Shown here piece by piece: positions 63,014-64,000 of a stretch of DNA of 64,000 bases. The position numbers were made by a program, and so were the translations under genes. Location: the IMG/VR virus record IMGVR_UViG_3300027126_000001. One strand, given 5' to 3'. The notes under the pieces were generated by a model. That model was not told where the DNA came from. It was given only the letters and a program-made list of their open reading frames with translations, and made no database searches. The DNA is from a virus (lineage: Duplodnaviria > Heunggongvirae > Uroviricota > Caudoviricetes). Positions within the stretch are counted from its first letter, which is position 1. Each line of letters opens with the position of its first letter.

Positions 63014-63014
63014 G

Positions 63015-63110
63015 TTATTTTCGTTTGTTCTTAATAATAAATAGTAGTGTATCTGCTACTATTAAAAATGCCCCTAAGACAACAATGCCTGTAATTACTT
63101 TTTGTACCAT
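63015..63110 (-). CDS. 31-aa membrane peptide (absent from ORF track)
   Basis: MVQKVITGIVVLGAFLIVADTLLFIIKNKRK; TAATG overlap with upstream stop. Confidence 0.5.
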   Translation of the reverse strand: MVQKVITGIVVLGAFLIVADTLLFIIKNKRK

Positions 63111-63367
63111 TAGTATTCTCTTATTCTTACGTTTAAGTATCCTGTACCTTTTATTAGTCTGTGATATGTCTCTTTTGGTATAGTTAATTTTCCCTTTAAA
63201 GGTTGAGGTAATTCATTGTCGAATTGAAACATCCAATCTGTTGGTTCTAGAATTTCTACTTCTCTATCATTTTCATCTCTATGCCACACCAGTTCTTCTT
63301 CTGGAATGTCTTGTGTGAATTTTCTATAAATGAATTCTGGTGTTTGTAACTGTTTATATGGCCCCAT
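63110..63367 (-). CDS. Small cupin-like conserved phage protein
   Basis: ELVWHRD...WMFQFDN...IPKETYHRLIKG. Confidence 0.7.
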   Translation of the reverse strand: MGPYKQLQTPEFIYRKFTQDIPEEELVWHRDENDREVEILEPTDWMFQFDNELPQPLKGKLTIPKETYHRLIKGTGYLNVRIREY

Positions 63368-63368
63368 A

Positions 63369-63923
63369 TTACCAATACCCGCTAAAGTTTCTTGATCCTC
63401 CTAAAGATTTCCAATATCTTCCAATATTACAAGCCCAGTATCCTGGTTTTGTTTTATCTTTTTTAGTATCACATTTATGTCTAGCTGCAAAAGAAGATCT
63501 GGCTCCTGGTTTATCTATCTTAACATTCAACCCTGTTGTACCTCCGAAAGATACTTTTACTACATTTCCTTTTTTATTCTTAGTATAAACGTAGAATTTT
63601 TTAGATCCTCCTCTTTTTGGTTTGTTTAAAGGAACATCTTTACCTCTGTATTCTGCTTCATCTAATAACTCTTCCATTGGAAGATCTAAAGGTACTTTCT
63701 GTCCTTCATACATTCCATACTCTCCAATATCTGTTGTTTCTAAAAGAAGTATGTCTTGCTCATTGAGAGTTATTTTACCGTCTCTTAGGGCTTGTCTTGC
63801 TTCAGCAAACAATTGTATAAACGAGTCAGAGGAATACCTGTAGACACACTCAGATAGTGTCAGTTTATTGTCTAAATGGTATTGAAGGTTTGGTAATCCA
63901 ACTATTTCCTGTAATCTTATCAT
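63369..63923 (-). CDS. Modular hypothetical protein
   Basis: LLDE linker then KKFYVY...KVSFG...SFAARHKC...YWAC module. Confidence 0.75.
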   Translation of the reverse strand: MIRLQEIVGLPNLQYHLDNKLTLSECVYRYSSDSFIQLFAEARQALRDGKITLNEQDILLLETTDIGEYGMYEGQKVPLDLPMEELLDEAEYRGKDVPLNKPKRGGSKKFYVYTKNKKGNVVKVSFGGTTGLNVKIDKPGARSSFAARHKCDTKKDKTKPGYWACNIGRYWKSLGGSRNFSGYW

Positions 63924-64000
63924 AAGAAATCTTTTCTAAAATATCTTCCTTCTATATTATCATTTATATAGTCGGAACCTGGTTCTATTACTCCTTTTAT

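Noticed and set aside
5221-63843. Other short plus-strand or nested ORFs (for example 14479, 20516, 37061, 38572, 45638, 50245)
   Set aside because: Antisense to well-supported genes and explained by codon bias

Overview
A 64-kb segment of a large, AT-rich dsDNA myovirus genome. Standard genetic code gives full-length ORFs, and essentially all genes are on the minus strand. It has T4-like morphogenesis genes: terminase, portal, prohead protease, scaffold, major capsid, neck, sheath, tube, tape measure and baseplate. The replication module is mixed: gp41-like helicase, UvsX/RecA, gp32-like SSB, primase, 5'-3' exonuclease, a short family-A polymerase, NrdAB and thioredoxin. QueC, PhoH and five HNH/GIY-YIG endonucleases are also present. 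Thirteen TTG-N20-TAnnTT(T/A)-type promoters, poor Shine-Dalgarno signals and a Bacteroidota-style lipoprotein point to a Bacteroidota host (inference). Bases 1-5.9 kb hold 23 tRNA genes covering all 20 amino acids, interleaved with unusual RNAs. These are a circularly permuted tRNA-shaped RNA with YrlA (bacterial Y RNA) architecture, two tRNA-like RNAs without a normal anticodon arm, three tRNAs with an inverted A54:U58 T-loop pair, a Leu tRNA with no long variable arm, several structured spacers, and a leader-peptide attenuator upstream of the array. The second stand-out is about 15 proteins sharing an N-terminal hydrophobic/basic leader ending in (L/I/V)-x-E, like T4 capsid-targeting propeptides. 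They include modular polyproteins and a 142-aa kinase that ends at its DFG-equivalent Asp, suggesting a packaged-cargo system. All calls were made by eye from the sequence and the ORF track; no database searches or folding programs were run.
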